Source of the DNA: Deltaproteobacteria bacterium | GTDB lineage: Bacteria; Desulfobacterota; Desulfarculia; Desulfarculales; Desulfarculaceae | NCBI GenBank assembly: GCA_020444205.1 | Contig: JAHLLJ010000004.1 | Location: forward strand, 9,284 to 73,283 | Direction of reading: 5' to 3' | Length of the DNA: 64,000 nucleotides | Part shown: in pieces, positions 48,673 through 57,718 of the stretch | Numbering within the stretch: position 1 is the first letter of the stretch | Layout of the letters: each line of letters starts with the position of its first letter | Made by a program: the position numbers and the translations under genes | The notes under the pieces: model-generated | Database searches by the model: none | The model's input: the letters and a program-made list of their open reading frames with translations, nothing else | What the model was told of the DNA's origin: nothing

Positions 48673-49461
48673 CTAAGAAGGAATTACCGGATAGGAGCCT
48701 TCATATCCCAGGCCCTGAGAAATTACCTTTCCAGTGTGAAAAAGTTTATCCAAAGCGTTGTCCACGGTCTTTTGCACCGCTTTGTCGCTGGTATTGAGAG
48801 ACAAGGCCACCGAAGCCACCACCTGGCCTTCATGATTGAGCAGGGGCACCCCTATGGAGTACAAATCCAAGGAAAATTCTCCATCGGATATGGCATAGCC
48901 CCTGTCCCTGGTGGCTTTGAGGTCTTTTAGTATGCCGCTCTTGTTGATCACCGTGTTGGGGGTCACCTTGAACAAGTTCATCTTGTCCAATAGCTCCTTG
49001 GCTTCTTCGGTGGGCAAGCCGGACAAAAGAACTTTTCCCATGGTGGTGCAATGGGCCGGCACCCGGGAGCCCACATACACGGCAAAGGGATAAAAGCGGG
49101 TGCGTTCCTTGCGGAAGATCACCAGCACCTCGGTACCGTCCAACACCCCCATGCTTACGCTTCGTTCCAGAGTGTTGGAGAGGTCCTCCAGATAGGGGCG
49201 GGCGATGCTGAAAACGCCATCGCTGTGCAGGAACTGGAAGGCCAGGCTGAGCACCTTGTTGCCCAGCACGTAGCGCTTGCCCGTGAGGATGCGCACATAG
49301 CCCAGTTCCATCAGGGTATAGAGAAAACGCTGTACGGTGGTCTTGTTGGTTTCAAGACGTTCTGCAATCTGGGTGAGGGAGAGAGGCTCATCGGAACTTC
49401 CCAGAAGTTCCATGATAGCCATTCCCTTGCCTACCGATTTAATAAACTTTCTGTCCCGCAA
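48673..49461 (-). CDS. IclR family regulator
   Basis: IKSVGKGMAIME, LSLTQIA...KTTVQRFLYTL HTH, GSRVPAHCTTMGKVLL, RDRGYA. Confidence 0.93.
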   Translation of the reverse strand: MRDRKFIKSVGKGMAIMELLGSSDEPLSLTQIAERLETNKTTVQRFLYTLMELGYVRILTGKRYVLGNKVLSLAFQFLHSDGVFSIARPYLEDLSNTLERSVSMGVLDGTEVLVIFRKERTRFYPFAVYVGSRVPAHCTTMGKVLLSGLPTEEAKELLDKMNLFKVTPNTVINKSGILKDLKATRDRGYAISDGEFSLDLYSIGVPLLNHEGQVVASVALSLNTSDKAVQKTVDNALDKLFHTGKVISQGLGYEGSYPVIPS

Positions 49462-49487
49462 TGCGTCACCCCGTATTATCTTGCGTT

Positions 49488-49517
49488 ATTTTAAAATTTA
49501 ATTTAATTTAAAGTCAA
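49488..49517 (-). promoter_or_regulatory. Candidate sigma70 promoter of the IclR gene
   Basis: Minus strand TTGACT-N18-TAAAAT. Confidence 0.5.
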
Positions 49518-49608
49518 GTTCCTTTTTGGCCCTTGCAAAACCCGTTTCTCCGTGGCCGATGAGGGAGGCTGTGGGTTTGCATATTAAAAAATAGGAGGAG
49601 GCGTTTCA

Positions 49609-50784
49609 ATGGAATCTATTTTTTTGACCGAGGAAGAACAGGCTTACGCCCTTGAGGCGAGAGAGTTTTTCAAGCGCGAGGCGCGCCCTCATATTTTAGC
49701 TATGGACCGCGAGAACAAGTACCCCTTTGAGTTGCTGAAGAAAATGGGCCAAAAGGGCTATATCGGCGTGCGTTTTCCGGCCAAGTACGGCGGCGGTGGG
49801 TTGGACATGATGCACGAGGCCCTGGTCAACGAGGAAACCGCGGCCCAATCCTATGCCTTGGCTTGCGCCCGTAGCGTTCCGCACCACTGTGCTTTCATTA
49901 TCGCCAATTACGGCAGCGAAGAACAAAAGCAAAAATACCTGCCCGGCATTTGCACGGCCGACATTCTCACCGCCGAATGTATAACCGAGCCCACCGGCGG
50001 CTCGGATGCGGTCCGCATGAAGACCAAGGCCGAGCTTAAGGGCGACAAGTGGGTCATCAACGGCGAGAAGCGCTTTCAGGCCTCTGGCGCGGTGGCCGAT
50101 TTGTTCGTGGTGTTCGCCATGACCGAGAAAGACGTGCACCCCAGTAAGGGCATGAGTGTGTTCGCGGTGGAAAAGGACGCGCCGGGCATCGTGGCCATGG
50201 AGGAGTTCGACACCATGGGCTGGCGAGGCCTGCGCATCGTTTCCGAGCTCATTTTTGACGGAACCGAGATACCCAAGGAAAACCTAATTGGCGAGCGGGG
50301 GCAGGGCTTCCCCATCCTAATGGACATGCTCAACAGCGAACGCATCTTGGTGGCCAGCGGCCTGCTGGGCACCGCTCGCACCTGCCTGGACATTGCCACC
50401 GCCTACACCATGGAGCGCGAGGCCTTTCACCGTCCCATCCGCAACTTCGAGGGCGTGAGCTTCAAGGTGGCGGAGATGGCCACCCGCTTGGAAGCGGCCA
50501 GCCTGCTTCGTTTCAAGGCGGCGCGCATGCTGGACATGGGCCAGGACGTGACCAAGGTGGCGGCCATGGCCAAGGGTTTTGCGGCTGAGAATTCCTACTG
50601 GGTGGCCAACGAGGCCCTGCAGGTCATGGGCGGTATTGGATACACTACCAAACACGACATCGAGCGGCACTTCCGCGACATCCGGGGAGGCATGGTCGCG
50701 GTGGGCACCAACGAGATCATGAAGCTGGTGGTGCAAAGAGAGCACTACCTGGAGTTCGCCGAGTCCCAAGAGTCTGCCGGCTAG
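49609..50784 (+). CDS. Acyl-CoA dehydrogenase (IVD/LCAD-type catalytic arrangement)
   Basis: ITEPTGGSD, NGEKRF, LNSERI (helix-G Glu), QVMGGIGY; VAVGTNE lacks the MCAD-position Glu. Confidence 0.92.
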   Translation: MESIFLTEEEQAYALEAREFFKREARPHILAMDRENKYPFELLKKMGQKGYIGVRFPAKYGGGGLDMMHEALVNEETAAQSYALACARSVPHHCAFIIANYGSEEQKQKYLPGICTADILTAECITEPTGGSDAVRMKTKAELKGDKWVINGEKRFQASGAVADLFVVFAMTEKDVHPSKGMSVFAVEKDAPGIVAMEEFDTMGWRGLRIVSELIFDGTEIPKENLIGERGQGFPILMDMLNSERILVASGLLGTARTCLDIATAYTMEREAFHRPIRNFEGVSFKVAEMATRLEAASLLRFKAARMLDMGQDVTKVAAMAKGFAAENSYWVANEALQVMGGIGYTTKHDIERHFRDIRGGMVAVGTNEIMKLVVQREHYLEFAESQESAG

Positions 50785-50800
50785 GCACTAGGAGAACACA

Positions 50801-51895
50801 ATGGGGAACCTACGCCTTATTAAAACCGACTACACCTATGCGGACCTGTCCACCAGCCTGAGCCCTGCGGTGGAAAAAAGCATGGAGGAGGGTAAATCCT
50901 CCAGCACGCTGGTGGTCAACTTTTTCTCCGCCGACAGCATCACCACCGGAGTCTTGGAGGATCCTGAAAAATCTCTGCACATGGACTTTTGCAAGGAAAA
51001 AGGCATCGTGGTGCGGCGGCGGCTGAATGCCGGAGGGGCGATCTTCGCCAACCAGGGCTCGGTCATGAACTGCCTTTACTTGGACCTGCGCCAGCCCTGG
51101 GTTCCATTCAAGACCATCCGGGAGGGCTTCCCTTTTTATCTAAGCCGCATGGCCGAAGTGGCCAGCGAGTTGTTCGGCATCGACGCCCGCTACCGGCCGG
51201 TAAATGACATAGAGGTGGGCGGCCGCAAGTTGGTGGCAACCTCGGCCCGCCTGGAAAACCAGGTGTTGACCTTGCGCAGCGTCATAAACGTGGTTCCGGC
51301 GGACCGCTCCTTGATGTCCGGGGCGATCATCGCCCGGCCGGAAAAGTTCCAGGACAAAAAGCAGAAAGACGGCGGCAGCCGTTTCACCTGTTTCCAGGAC
51401 GAAGTGGGCCGACCTATCGAACGCGAGGAAATGTACGCCCTGGCTACAGGCACCATGAAAAGGGCCTTTGGGGATGAGGTAGAGGTCGTCGAAGGCGAGT
51501 TGACCCCCCTGGAGCAGGAATACCTTAACGACTATCTGGAGCGCTTCGGCTCGGATGAGTGGTTCTACGCCAACAGCGAGAGGGTGCGTTTTGCCCATGC
51601 TGATCCGGCGGCCAAGAAGGCGGAGGCCTACCATAAGGCGCCCGCCGGGCTCATGGGCTTGGCCCTGTTGGCCTTAGGCGGCAAGGTGCACGATATAATC
51701 CTTTTGGCCGACTTCCATCCCAGCCCCTATTCGGTGATGGGTACTTTTGAGGAGGCCCTGCGCGGCCAACCCCTGGACCTGGACATCCTTATGGAGCGGG
51801 TAGCCGAGGTGTACAACGCACCCGGGGTGGAAATCCCAGGGGCCGAGTTGAGCGACTTTTCAGTCTTGTTGGAAAAGGGACTGCAACTGCTCTAG
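50801..51895 (+). CDS. Divergent lipoate-protein ligase A-like protein, copy 1
   Basis: GIVVRRRLNAGGAIF, RPVNDIEVGGRKL, EKFQDK, and a C-terminal ligase domain (ADFH...EEALRG). Confidence 0.8.
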   Translation: MGNLRLIKTDYTYADLSTSLSPAVEKSMEEGKSSSTLVVNFFSADSITTGVLEDPEKSLHMDFCKEKGIVVRRRLNAGGAIFANQGSVMNCLYLDLRQPWVPFKTIREGFPFYLSRMAEVASELFGIDARYRPVNDIEVGGRKLVATSARLENQVLTLRSVINVVPADRSLMSGAIIARPEKFQDKKQKDGGSRFTCFQDEVGRPIEREEMYALATGTMKRAFGDEVEVVEGELTPLEQEYLNDYLERFGSDEWFYANSERVRFAHADPAAKKAEAYHKAPAGLMGLALLALGGKVHDIILLADFHPSPYSVMGTFEEALRGQPLDLDILMERVAEVYNAPGVEIPGAELSDFSVLLEKGLQLL

Positions 51896-51921
51896 AAAAC
51901 AAAGAGGGCCAAGACAGGTAC

Positions 51922-52317
51922 ATGCTTTCCGACCTGATAAAGGAGCACATCGTTTCTCCCCGCAACCAGGGAGTGATCTCCACGGCGGACGGGATAGGCG
52001 AGGTGGTGGGGCCGGCCTGCGGCGATCAGGTGGTGTTGTATCTGCAAATCAAGCACGGCGTCATCAACCGGGCCGCCTTTACTACTCATGGCTGCTGGGC
52101 GGCGGTGGCCATGGCCTCCTGGGTCACCGAAATGGTCATGGGGCTTACCCCCGCCGAGGCTCTTGAAGTTGACGCCGAGGCCCTGGCCAGGGAACAGGCG
52201 GGGCTGCCCGAAGACAAATGGCCTTGCGCCCGCCTGGTGTCCTTGGCCCTTTACCGGGCAGTGCGCGACTGGCAGCGCGGGCACAGCGGCGATAAAGGAG
52301 AGGGCGGCGCCGCGTGA
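51922..52317 (+). CDS. IscU/NifU N-terminal-like Fe-S scaffold protein
   Basis: EHIVSPRNQG, ACGD, HGC, ASWVTE, CAR; three conserved Cys. Confidence 0.85.
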   Translation: MLSDLIKEHIVSPRNQGVISTADGIGEVVGPACGDQVVLYLQIKHGVINRAAFTTHGCWAAVAMASWVTEMVMGLTPAEALEVDAEALAREQAGLPEDKWPCARLVSLALYRAVRDWQRGHSGDKGEGGAA

Positions 52318-52330
52318 GCAGCGCAGAAAA

Positions 52331-52362
52331 AGGCCCCCGCCAGCGGGGAGCGGCGGGGGCCT
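52331..52362. terminator. Terminator between convergent iscU-like and cupin genes
   Basis: AGGCCCCCGCC...GGCGGGGGCCT preceded by an A-tract. Confidence 0.75.
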
Positions 52363-52379
52363 AAACCTCTATCAATCTA

Positions 52380-52778
52380 TTATCCTATAGGTACGTATTC
52401 CCCACTCTGCACAATGGCCACCACGGTAAGAGGTCCGTCGATTCTCTTGTAACGGTAGGTGTGTTTCACACCCGCCGGGATAAATACGGAACAGGGCGTG
52501 GTTGCGGTGTAGGTCTCGTCTTCGATCTCTATCTCGATTTCCGCGTCGCCTTTTTTGCTGATGAACAGGTAAGCCTCACTCTGCTCATGATGATGCTTGA
52601 TGGTTATGGGCTCGGCCTGATGGATTTTATGGTGGATGCCGCCGGCGATAAAGAAGTTCGCGCCCGGGACCAACTCACCGTCCATCAAGATCTGATACTT
52701 GCCCTTGGCGTGAGCCGCGAACTCATCGATGATCTTGGGCTCGGTCACGATGTATTTGGCATATTTTTTTTCACTCAT
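52380..52778 (-). CDS. Cupin domain protein
   Basis: HHHEQSEAYLF and FIPAGVKH metal-binding cupin motifs; GGAGG RBS. Confidence 0.8.
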   Translation of the reverse strand: MSEKKYAKYIVTEPKIIDEFAAHAKGKYQILMDGELVPGANFFIAGGIHHKIHQAEPITIKHHHEQSEAYLFISKKGDAEIEIEIEDETYTATTPCSVFIPAGVKHTYRYKRIDGPLTVVAIVQSGEYVPIG

Positions 52779-52868
52779 GGGATTCAGCCTCCAATTGTCT
52801 GTCAGTTTTTATTGGGCGCGGCCGCCGCAGGTGATCCTGCCGGTTGATGGGATCGCCCCCCGTAGGAC

Positions 52869-53975
52869 TCAGCAGCTACCCGTCTCCTGGCCGAAGGCCT
52901 TGGAAAAGGCGGCCAGGAAATCTTCAATTTCAATACCGGTCATCTCCACGTCCGGGCGGGCGTAGATTTTCTCCAGCTCCTCGCGTACCACTTGCTCGTC
53001 ACAGGGTTTGCCCCTTAGGGCGTCCTCTATGTCCAAGGTCACGCGGTAGGGGGAGGGGTGGAAGTCCCCGGTCACGATCAGGTCCTGGATCAGGCCGTCT
53101 TTGCTGAGCAAGGTGACTCGCAGGAGCCCGGCCACGGCTTTTTGGCATCCTTCGCTTTTTACCGCGTCAGCCGGCGCCTGAGCAAAACGCACCCGTTCGG
53201 AGTTGCCGTAGAACCAGTCTTCAGAGTTGTAGGTGGCCTGATATTGCTTGAGGTAGTCTCCTTCCTCCTCGGTCAGTTCGCCGGGGGCCAGGGAGACCTC
53301 GCCGCCAAACATCTTTTGGATGGTTACACGGGAAAGCTCCTCCAGGTCGTCGGCGGTGATTTTACGGCCCAGCTCGTTCTCCAAGCTGGTGAATCGCTGA
53401 CCAATGTCTTTGATGGCCTTGTCTTGAACCTTAACTGGGTTGGTGATGATGGCCTTGCGCAGCACATCCCGGTCGGTGTTAACCACGTTGATTAAAAGAC
53501 GCAGGGTCAGGATGCCGCTTTCCAGGCGGGCCGAGCTCGGCACCACCTTGCGGCCTTCTATCTCCACGTCGTTAAGCGGGCGATAGCGTGCATCCAAGCC
53601 CCACAACTGATTGAGAGCCTCGGCAATGGCGGTCAGGGATACCTTGAATCCCTCCTTGATGTTGTTGAGGGATATCCCCAGCTCCTTGGGGTTTAGATAG
53701 AGGCAAAGGAAAGCGCCTCCCTTGGGCCCGAACACCGCACCTCCGGTATTTTGGCGGCGGCGCACTACGATGCCGGCTTCGGCGCAGTAGTCAAGGTCGA
53801 TCGACTTTTCCGGATCGTCCAAATAGCCCGAAGTGATGCTGTCGGTGCTGAACACATTCAAAAGCACCGTGCTTGGCGCCACACCGCTGTCCAAGCCCTT
53901 TTCAACCGCTGGAGAAATGCTGGTGGAAAAATCAGCGTAAGAATAATCGCATTTAATAAACCGCAACTTTTTCAT
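52869..53975 (-). CDS. Divergent lipoate-protein ligase A-like protein, copy 2
   Basis: GIVVRRRQNTGGAVF, RPLNDVEIEGRKV, KVQDK, GDFH...EDALRG; co-linear with copy 1. Confidence 0.8.
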   Translation of the reverse strand: MKKLRFIKCDYSYADFSTSISPAVEKGLDSGVAPSTVLLNVFSTDSITSGYLDDPEKSIDLDYCAEAGIVVRRRQNTGGAVFGPKGGAFLCLYLNPKELGISLNNIKEGFKVSLTAIAEALNQLWGLDARYRPLNDVEIEGRKVVPSSARLESGILTLRLLINVVNTDRDVLRKAIITNPVKVQDKAIKDIGQRFTSLENELGRKITADDLEELSRVTIQKMFGGEVSLAPGELTEEEGDYLKQYQATYNSEDWFYGNSERVRFAQAPADAVKSEGCQKAVAGLLRVTLLSKDGLIQDLIVTGDFHPSPYRVTLDIEDALRGKPCDEQVVREELEKIYARPDVEMTGIEIEDFLAAFSKAFGQETGSC

Positions 53976-54063
53976 TGCCAGCTCCGCAAAAAAGTTTTAA
54001 TGCCCGCGGGAGTGTTGCTCACAAAATCAAAACAGAATTCTGGGTCACGCTTGCGCCTCAGAA

Positions 54064-54864
54064 TTACTTGCCCTGGAAATGTGGTTTGCGCTTTTCCAGG
54101 AAGGCATCACGGCCTTCTTGGTGGTCTTCGCTGTTAAGGGCCACTGCCTGGAGGTTGGCTTCCAACTCCAGGTAGGCGGAGAGATTCATGGGCCAACAGT
54201 TGAGGGCCGCCTTGATTAGGGCTTGGGCCTTGGTGGCGCCTTGGGCCAAGCTGTGGGCCCAGGCCCAGGTCTGCTCCTCCAACTCCTGATGGGGGGCGAT
54301 GCGGTTGATCATGCCCGCGTCAAAAGCCTCTTGCGCGGTTAAGGAACCGCCCTCCATCATCAATTGCTTGGTGCGGGCCATGCCCACCCTTTGGGGCAGG
54401 AAGAAGTACTGTCCCCAGTCCGGGGCCAGGCCCACCTTGATAAAGGAGAAGAGGAACTTGGCCCGGTCGGAAACGATGCTAAGGTCCGAGGCCAATACCA
54501 GGCTCACGCCGGCGCCCGCGGCAACGCCGTCCACCGAGGTGATGATGGGCTTGGGCAGTTCGACCATGGCCCGCACCAGGCGGTGGCCGTTTTTCAGGCG
54601 TTCATACGCCGGAACCGGGCCGCCTATGTTCTGCATGGAGCGCAGGTCGCCGCCGGCGCAAAAATGCTTACCCGATCCGGAAAGGATCACGGCCCGTACC
54701 AAAGAGTCCTCTTGCAGGTTTTGCAAAACTTCCAAGAGCTGGGGCCGGACCTCCATATCCAAGGCGTTGCGCTTTTCCGGAATGTTGATCATTACCTTGA
54801 GCACGTGGTCTTCCTGCTCAAATAAAAGCTTGCTGTATCCGCGATCTTCAGTTGTCCTAGACAT
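54064..54864 (-). CDS. Enoyl-CoA hydratase/isomerase, PaaG-like (start re-called at MSRTTEDR)
   Basis: FCAGGDL, AAGAGVSL, FIKVGLAPDWG: no catalytic Glu, Asp in PDxG. Confidence 0.85.
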   Translation of the reverse strand: MSRTTEDRGYSKLLFEQEDHVLKVMINIPEKRNALDMEVRPQLLEVLQNLQEDSLVRAVILSGSGKHFCAGGDLRSMQNIGGPVPAYERLKNGHRLVRAMVELPKPIITSVDGVAAGAGVSLVLASDLSIVSDRAKFLFSFIKVGLAPDWGQYFFLPQRVGMARTKQLMMEGGSLTAQEAFDAGMINRIAPHQELEEQTWAWAHSLAQGATKAQALIKAALNCWPMNLSAYLELEANLQAVALNSEDHQEGRDAFLEKRKPHFQGK

Positions 54865-55193
54865 GTAATTTGCACTTCCCCCGGTAGGCGGTAAAAACTG
54901 GCGGCCTACCGAACCAACTGGTTGCGCCTCCTCGAAAGCGGCATTTATCCTAGGCGGGACTAGCTTTTGTTCCATAAAAAATCATGTGGCCTCGAGTCCC
55001 GCCATTAAAAGTGAATTTAAAATATAGCCATATATATAATTAAATCATAAAAAGCAAAAAAATAATTTAAATCGCTTCCAGCCTAAGGGCCGTGGGGCGT
55101 GGAGCCGTTCCCCGCTCCCCATGGCCTTGGTGGCTGGGCATCATTTTCATATTTTGGGTTGCATGCATGATTTAGCCTTTTTGGGCCCTAGAT

Positions 55194-56396
55194 CTAGAAG
55201 GTGCGTCCTTTGCGGTTGTCCACCACGCTGGGGCCGTCATCGATCTTGTCGGTAATCCTGATCTCGTTGAACTTGAGCAGGGTCTCGGACTTGAGATGAG
55301 TAGCCAGCTTGTCCAGCACCGCCGCGTCACCGGCCTTGCCTTCCACAAGTAAAGTCAGGGTATCCACTTCTTTGACGGAATCCACCAGCACCTGGTATTT
55401 GGGCGAAAACTGGGGATAGCTGCGCAAAATGGTGGCGATTTGGCTGGGCCAGAACTTGACGCCCTTGATCTTGAGCATGTCGTCGGTGCGTCCGATGACG
55501 CTCTGAGGCATGGTCAGGGACCGGCCACAAGCGCAGGGTTTTTCTTGCAGCACGGTCAAGTCGCCGGTGCGGTAGCGCAGCAAGGGCGCGGCCTGCTTGT
55601 GCAGGTGGGTAAGCACCAGCTCGCCTTTTTCGCCCAAGGGCACCGGATCGCCGGTGGCCGGATCGATGACCTCGGTGAAGACGAACTCGTCCATGATGTG
55701 CAGGCCGTTATTGTGGCGGCAGGAGCGGGCGATGGGCATGCATAGGGCCATGCTGTAGGAGTCGATGATGGTGATGTCCCGTTCAAAGGCGGCGCGCACC
55801 TTTTCGGGATACCCCTGCACCGAGGTAAAGGGCTCGCCGCCCACGAAGATGGTGTGCACCGAGGGTATGCCTGCTTCGGCCAGCTTCATGGCAAAGGTGG
55901 GGTTGGAGACCAGCACCCCGATCTCGTAGTCGTTGATCAGCTGCACCGCGCGGGCAGATTCGCCAGGGCCCAAGGGAATCACCTTGGAACCGTAGTACTC
56001 GAACTGTCCCTGGTAGAACAGACCGGCAATGAATAAATGATAGCCAAAGGTGACCGCAACCATGTCCTGGGTGGTCACTCCAGCCGCCTCCAGGGAGCGG
56101 GCGCAGACCTGATGCATTACTTCCAGGTCTTTGTTGGTCTGATAGACCGGGTAGAGCTCCTGGCCGGAAGGGGAGAGGTTCACCCGGGTGACCTCGGGGC
56201 TGTAAAGTGAGCACTGGGAAGGGGGCTTTTGTATTTCAGCCTGAAATTCCTTGGGTGTGGTAAAGGGGATTTTTTGAAAGTCCTCCAGGGATTTGACCTT
56301 CCCGATGTCCATCGAGGCTTGTTCAAACTTGCGGTGATAGAAATCGATGGAGTCCAGGTGTTTCATTTGAGCCTGCAACTGGTCCAAAACCGCCAC
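55194..56396 (-). CDS. Phenylacetate-CoA ligase (PaaK)-fold protein with degenerate ATP-binding motifs
   Basis: KIPFTT, FGYHLF, GGEP, GELVLTHL, PLLRYRTGD, CACGR, GRTDDMLKIKGV retained; SSGTTG and YGxSE absent. Confidence 0.8.
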   Translation of the reverse strand: MAVLDQLQAQMKHLDSIDFYHRKFEQASMDIGKVKSLEDFQKIPFTTPKEFQAEIQKPPSQCSLYSPEVTRVNLSPSGQELYPVYQTNKDLEVMHQVCARSLEAAGVTTQDMVAVTFGYHLFIAGLFYQGQFEYYGSKVIPLGPGESARAVQLINDYEIGVLVSNPTFAMKLAEAGIPSVHTIFVGGEPFTSVQGYPEKVRAAFERDITIIDSYSMALCMPIARSCRHNNGLHIMDEFVFTEVIDPATGDPVPLGEKGELVLTHLHKQAAPLLRYRTGDLTVLQEKPCACGRSLTMPQSVIGRTDDMLKIKGVKFWPSQIATILRSYPQFSPKYQVLVDSVKEVDTLTLLVEGKAGDAAVLDKLATHLKSETLLKFNEIRITDKIDDGPSVVDNRKGRTF

Positions 56397-56791
56397 AGTC
56401 AGCTCCTTTCCGAATATTGGCAGAACTAAAATTTTTCCGTTGCACTGGGTCCCGGCGCTTGGCCGAGGTGTTGCCCAGGCCCCGGGCAGGTCCAGCCTGC
56501 CGAATCAACGGTGTAAATTACGCAATGTGTGATCGTAAATTGCATTGCGTTACGTAATATTTCATTTAACTTTTGTGGCATGTCAATCATTTTTTTGTAG
56601 CCACTCATGAGAGCCGGCCCATTTTCCTGCACCTGCTTAAGTTGAGTACTGTCCCGTAAGATACATAAATTGCTAATAAAAAGTAACCATGTCGCCTAAT
56701 CCGAATAATTGCTTGCCGGGTTCACATAAAAAAATTAAAATAATAATCAAATATACGATAAAAATTACGCTGAGAAAAGGTGATAATCGAA

Positions 56792-57493
56792 ATGGCGGCA
56801 AAAGGTACGGGGCCAAGGGGGGCTACGGGAAAAAGAGGAGTGGCCATCGAGGAGGCCCACACCCGCATTAAAAAAATGATTTACCTTAATCAGCTGGCGC
56901 CTGGTCAAAAAATTATCTACAGCGACTTGAGCAAACGGCTCAACACCAGTGTAACCCCGGTGATCCAGGCCCTGAACCGCCTGGAAGCTGGGGGCTTTGT
57001 AAATTACATCCCCAATAAAGGGTATTTCGTGGGCGAGATAACCCAAGAAGAGGCCATGGATCTATACGAGGCCCGCGAAGCCCTGGAAATTTATATCATT
57101 CCTCTGATCATCGAGAACATTACCAAGTCTGCCATAGATAAGATCAAAAAGGTTTTCCGCAAGTACAAGCGCGAAACCGCGGGAGGGCCCAACCGTAAAA
57201 TGATTTTGGTGGATGCTAAGTTCCACATGAAGATCGCCGAGTACTCGGGTAACGAGGTGATTAACACCATGCTCGGCGACATATACGAGAAGTTGTACCT
57301 AAAATACCGCCCCGAATACCTTGCCGCGCCCCAACTGCGGGAAGTTTCCGACGAGCACCGCCAGATTTTGGACGCCCTGGGCCGGGGCGATGCCCAGACC
57401 GCCATAGACACCACCGTCAAGCACATCGCGGCCAGCAAGGACCGGATCACCCGGGCCTTAGAATATCGCCAAGACAGCGGTTTTTATGAGTAG
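56792..57493 (+). CDS. GntR (FCD) regulator, paralogue 3
   Basis: SVTPVIQALNRLE, PNKGYF, REALE, DAKFH. Confidence 0.92.
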   Translation: MAAKGTGPRGATGKRGVAIEEAHTRIKKMIYLNQLAPGQKIIYSDLSKRLNTSVTPVIQALNRLEAGGFVNYIPNKGYFVGEITQEEAMDLYEAREALEIYIIPLIIENITKSAIDKIKKVFRKYKRETAGGPNRKMILVDAKFHMKIAEYSGNEVINTMLGDIYEKLYLKYRPEYLAAPQLREVSDEHRQILDALGRGDAQTAIDTTVKHIAASKDRITRALEYRQDSGFYE

Positions 57494-57718
57494 CGTCATG
57501 CTCTGGGGCCTCCCAGAGTATTAGGCGGCAAGTACCTAAATTAAATAAAAATATAATGCTGAATAACTTTTTTCTTGTCATTGATGACGATTAATGTAAT
57601 TTAATAAAAAATTAAATTTATGATAAACGAGCCTTACGCTACTACTAGGCGCGTAAACAACGGGGGCTCCGCAAGGCTCGATACCAATACAGACCAGAAG
57701 CGGGGAAATGAGAGAACC

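Noticed and set aside
15894-52317. Selenocysteine read-through at TGA stops (DUF362, ADH, IscU-like), prompted by yqeB
   Set aside because: Each TGA falls at the expected family C-terminus rather than at a Cys-equivalent position, and no SECIS-like element was evident.
19861-55128. Intergenic GC hairpins (19900, 26612, 38477, 43173, 47138, 52331, 55086) as a REP family or CRISPR repeats
   Set aside because: Their sequences are unrelated to each other and not regularly spaced; they fit individual terminators or stabilisers.
54064-56396. Aerobic phenylacetate (paa) pathway
   Set aside because: No paaABCE epoxidase or paaZ in the window, and the PaaK-like protein has degenerate ATP motifs.
57494-57718. 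Cobalamin riboswitch upstream of the mutase operon
   Set aside because: The region is AT-rich and I see no B12-box or GGGAA core elements.
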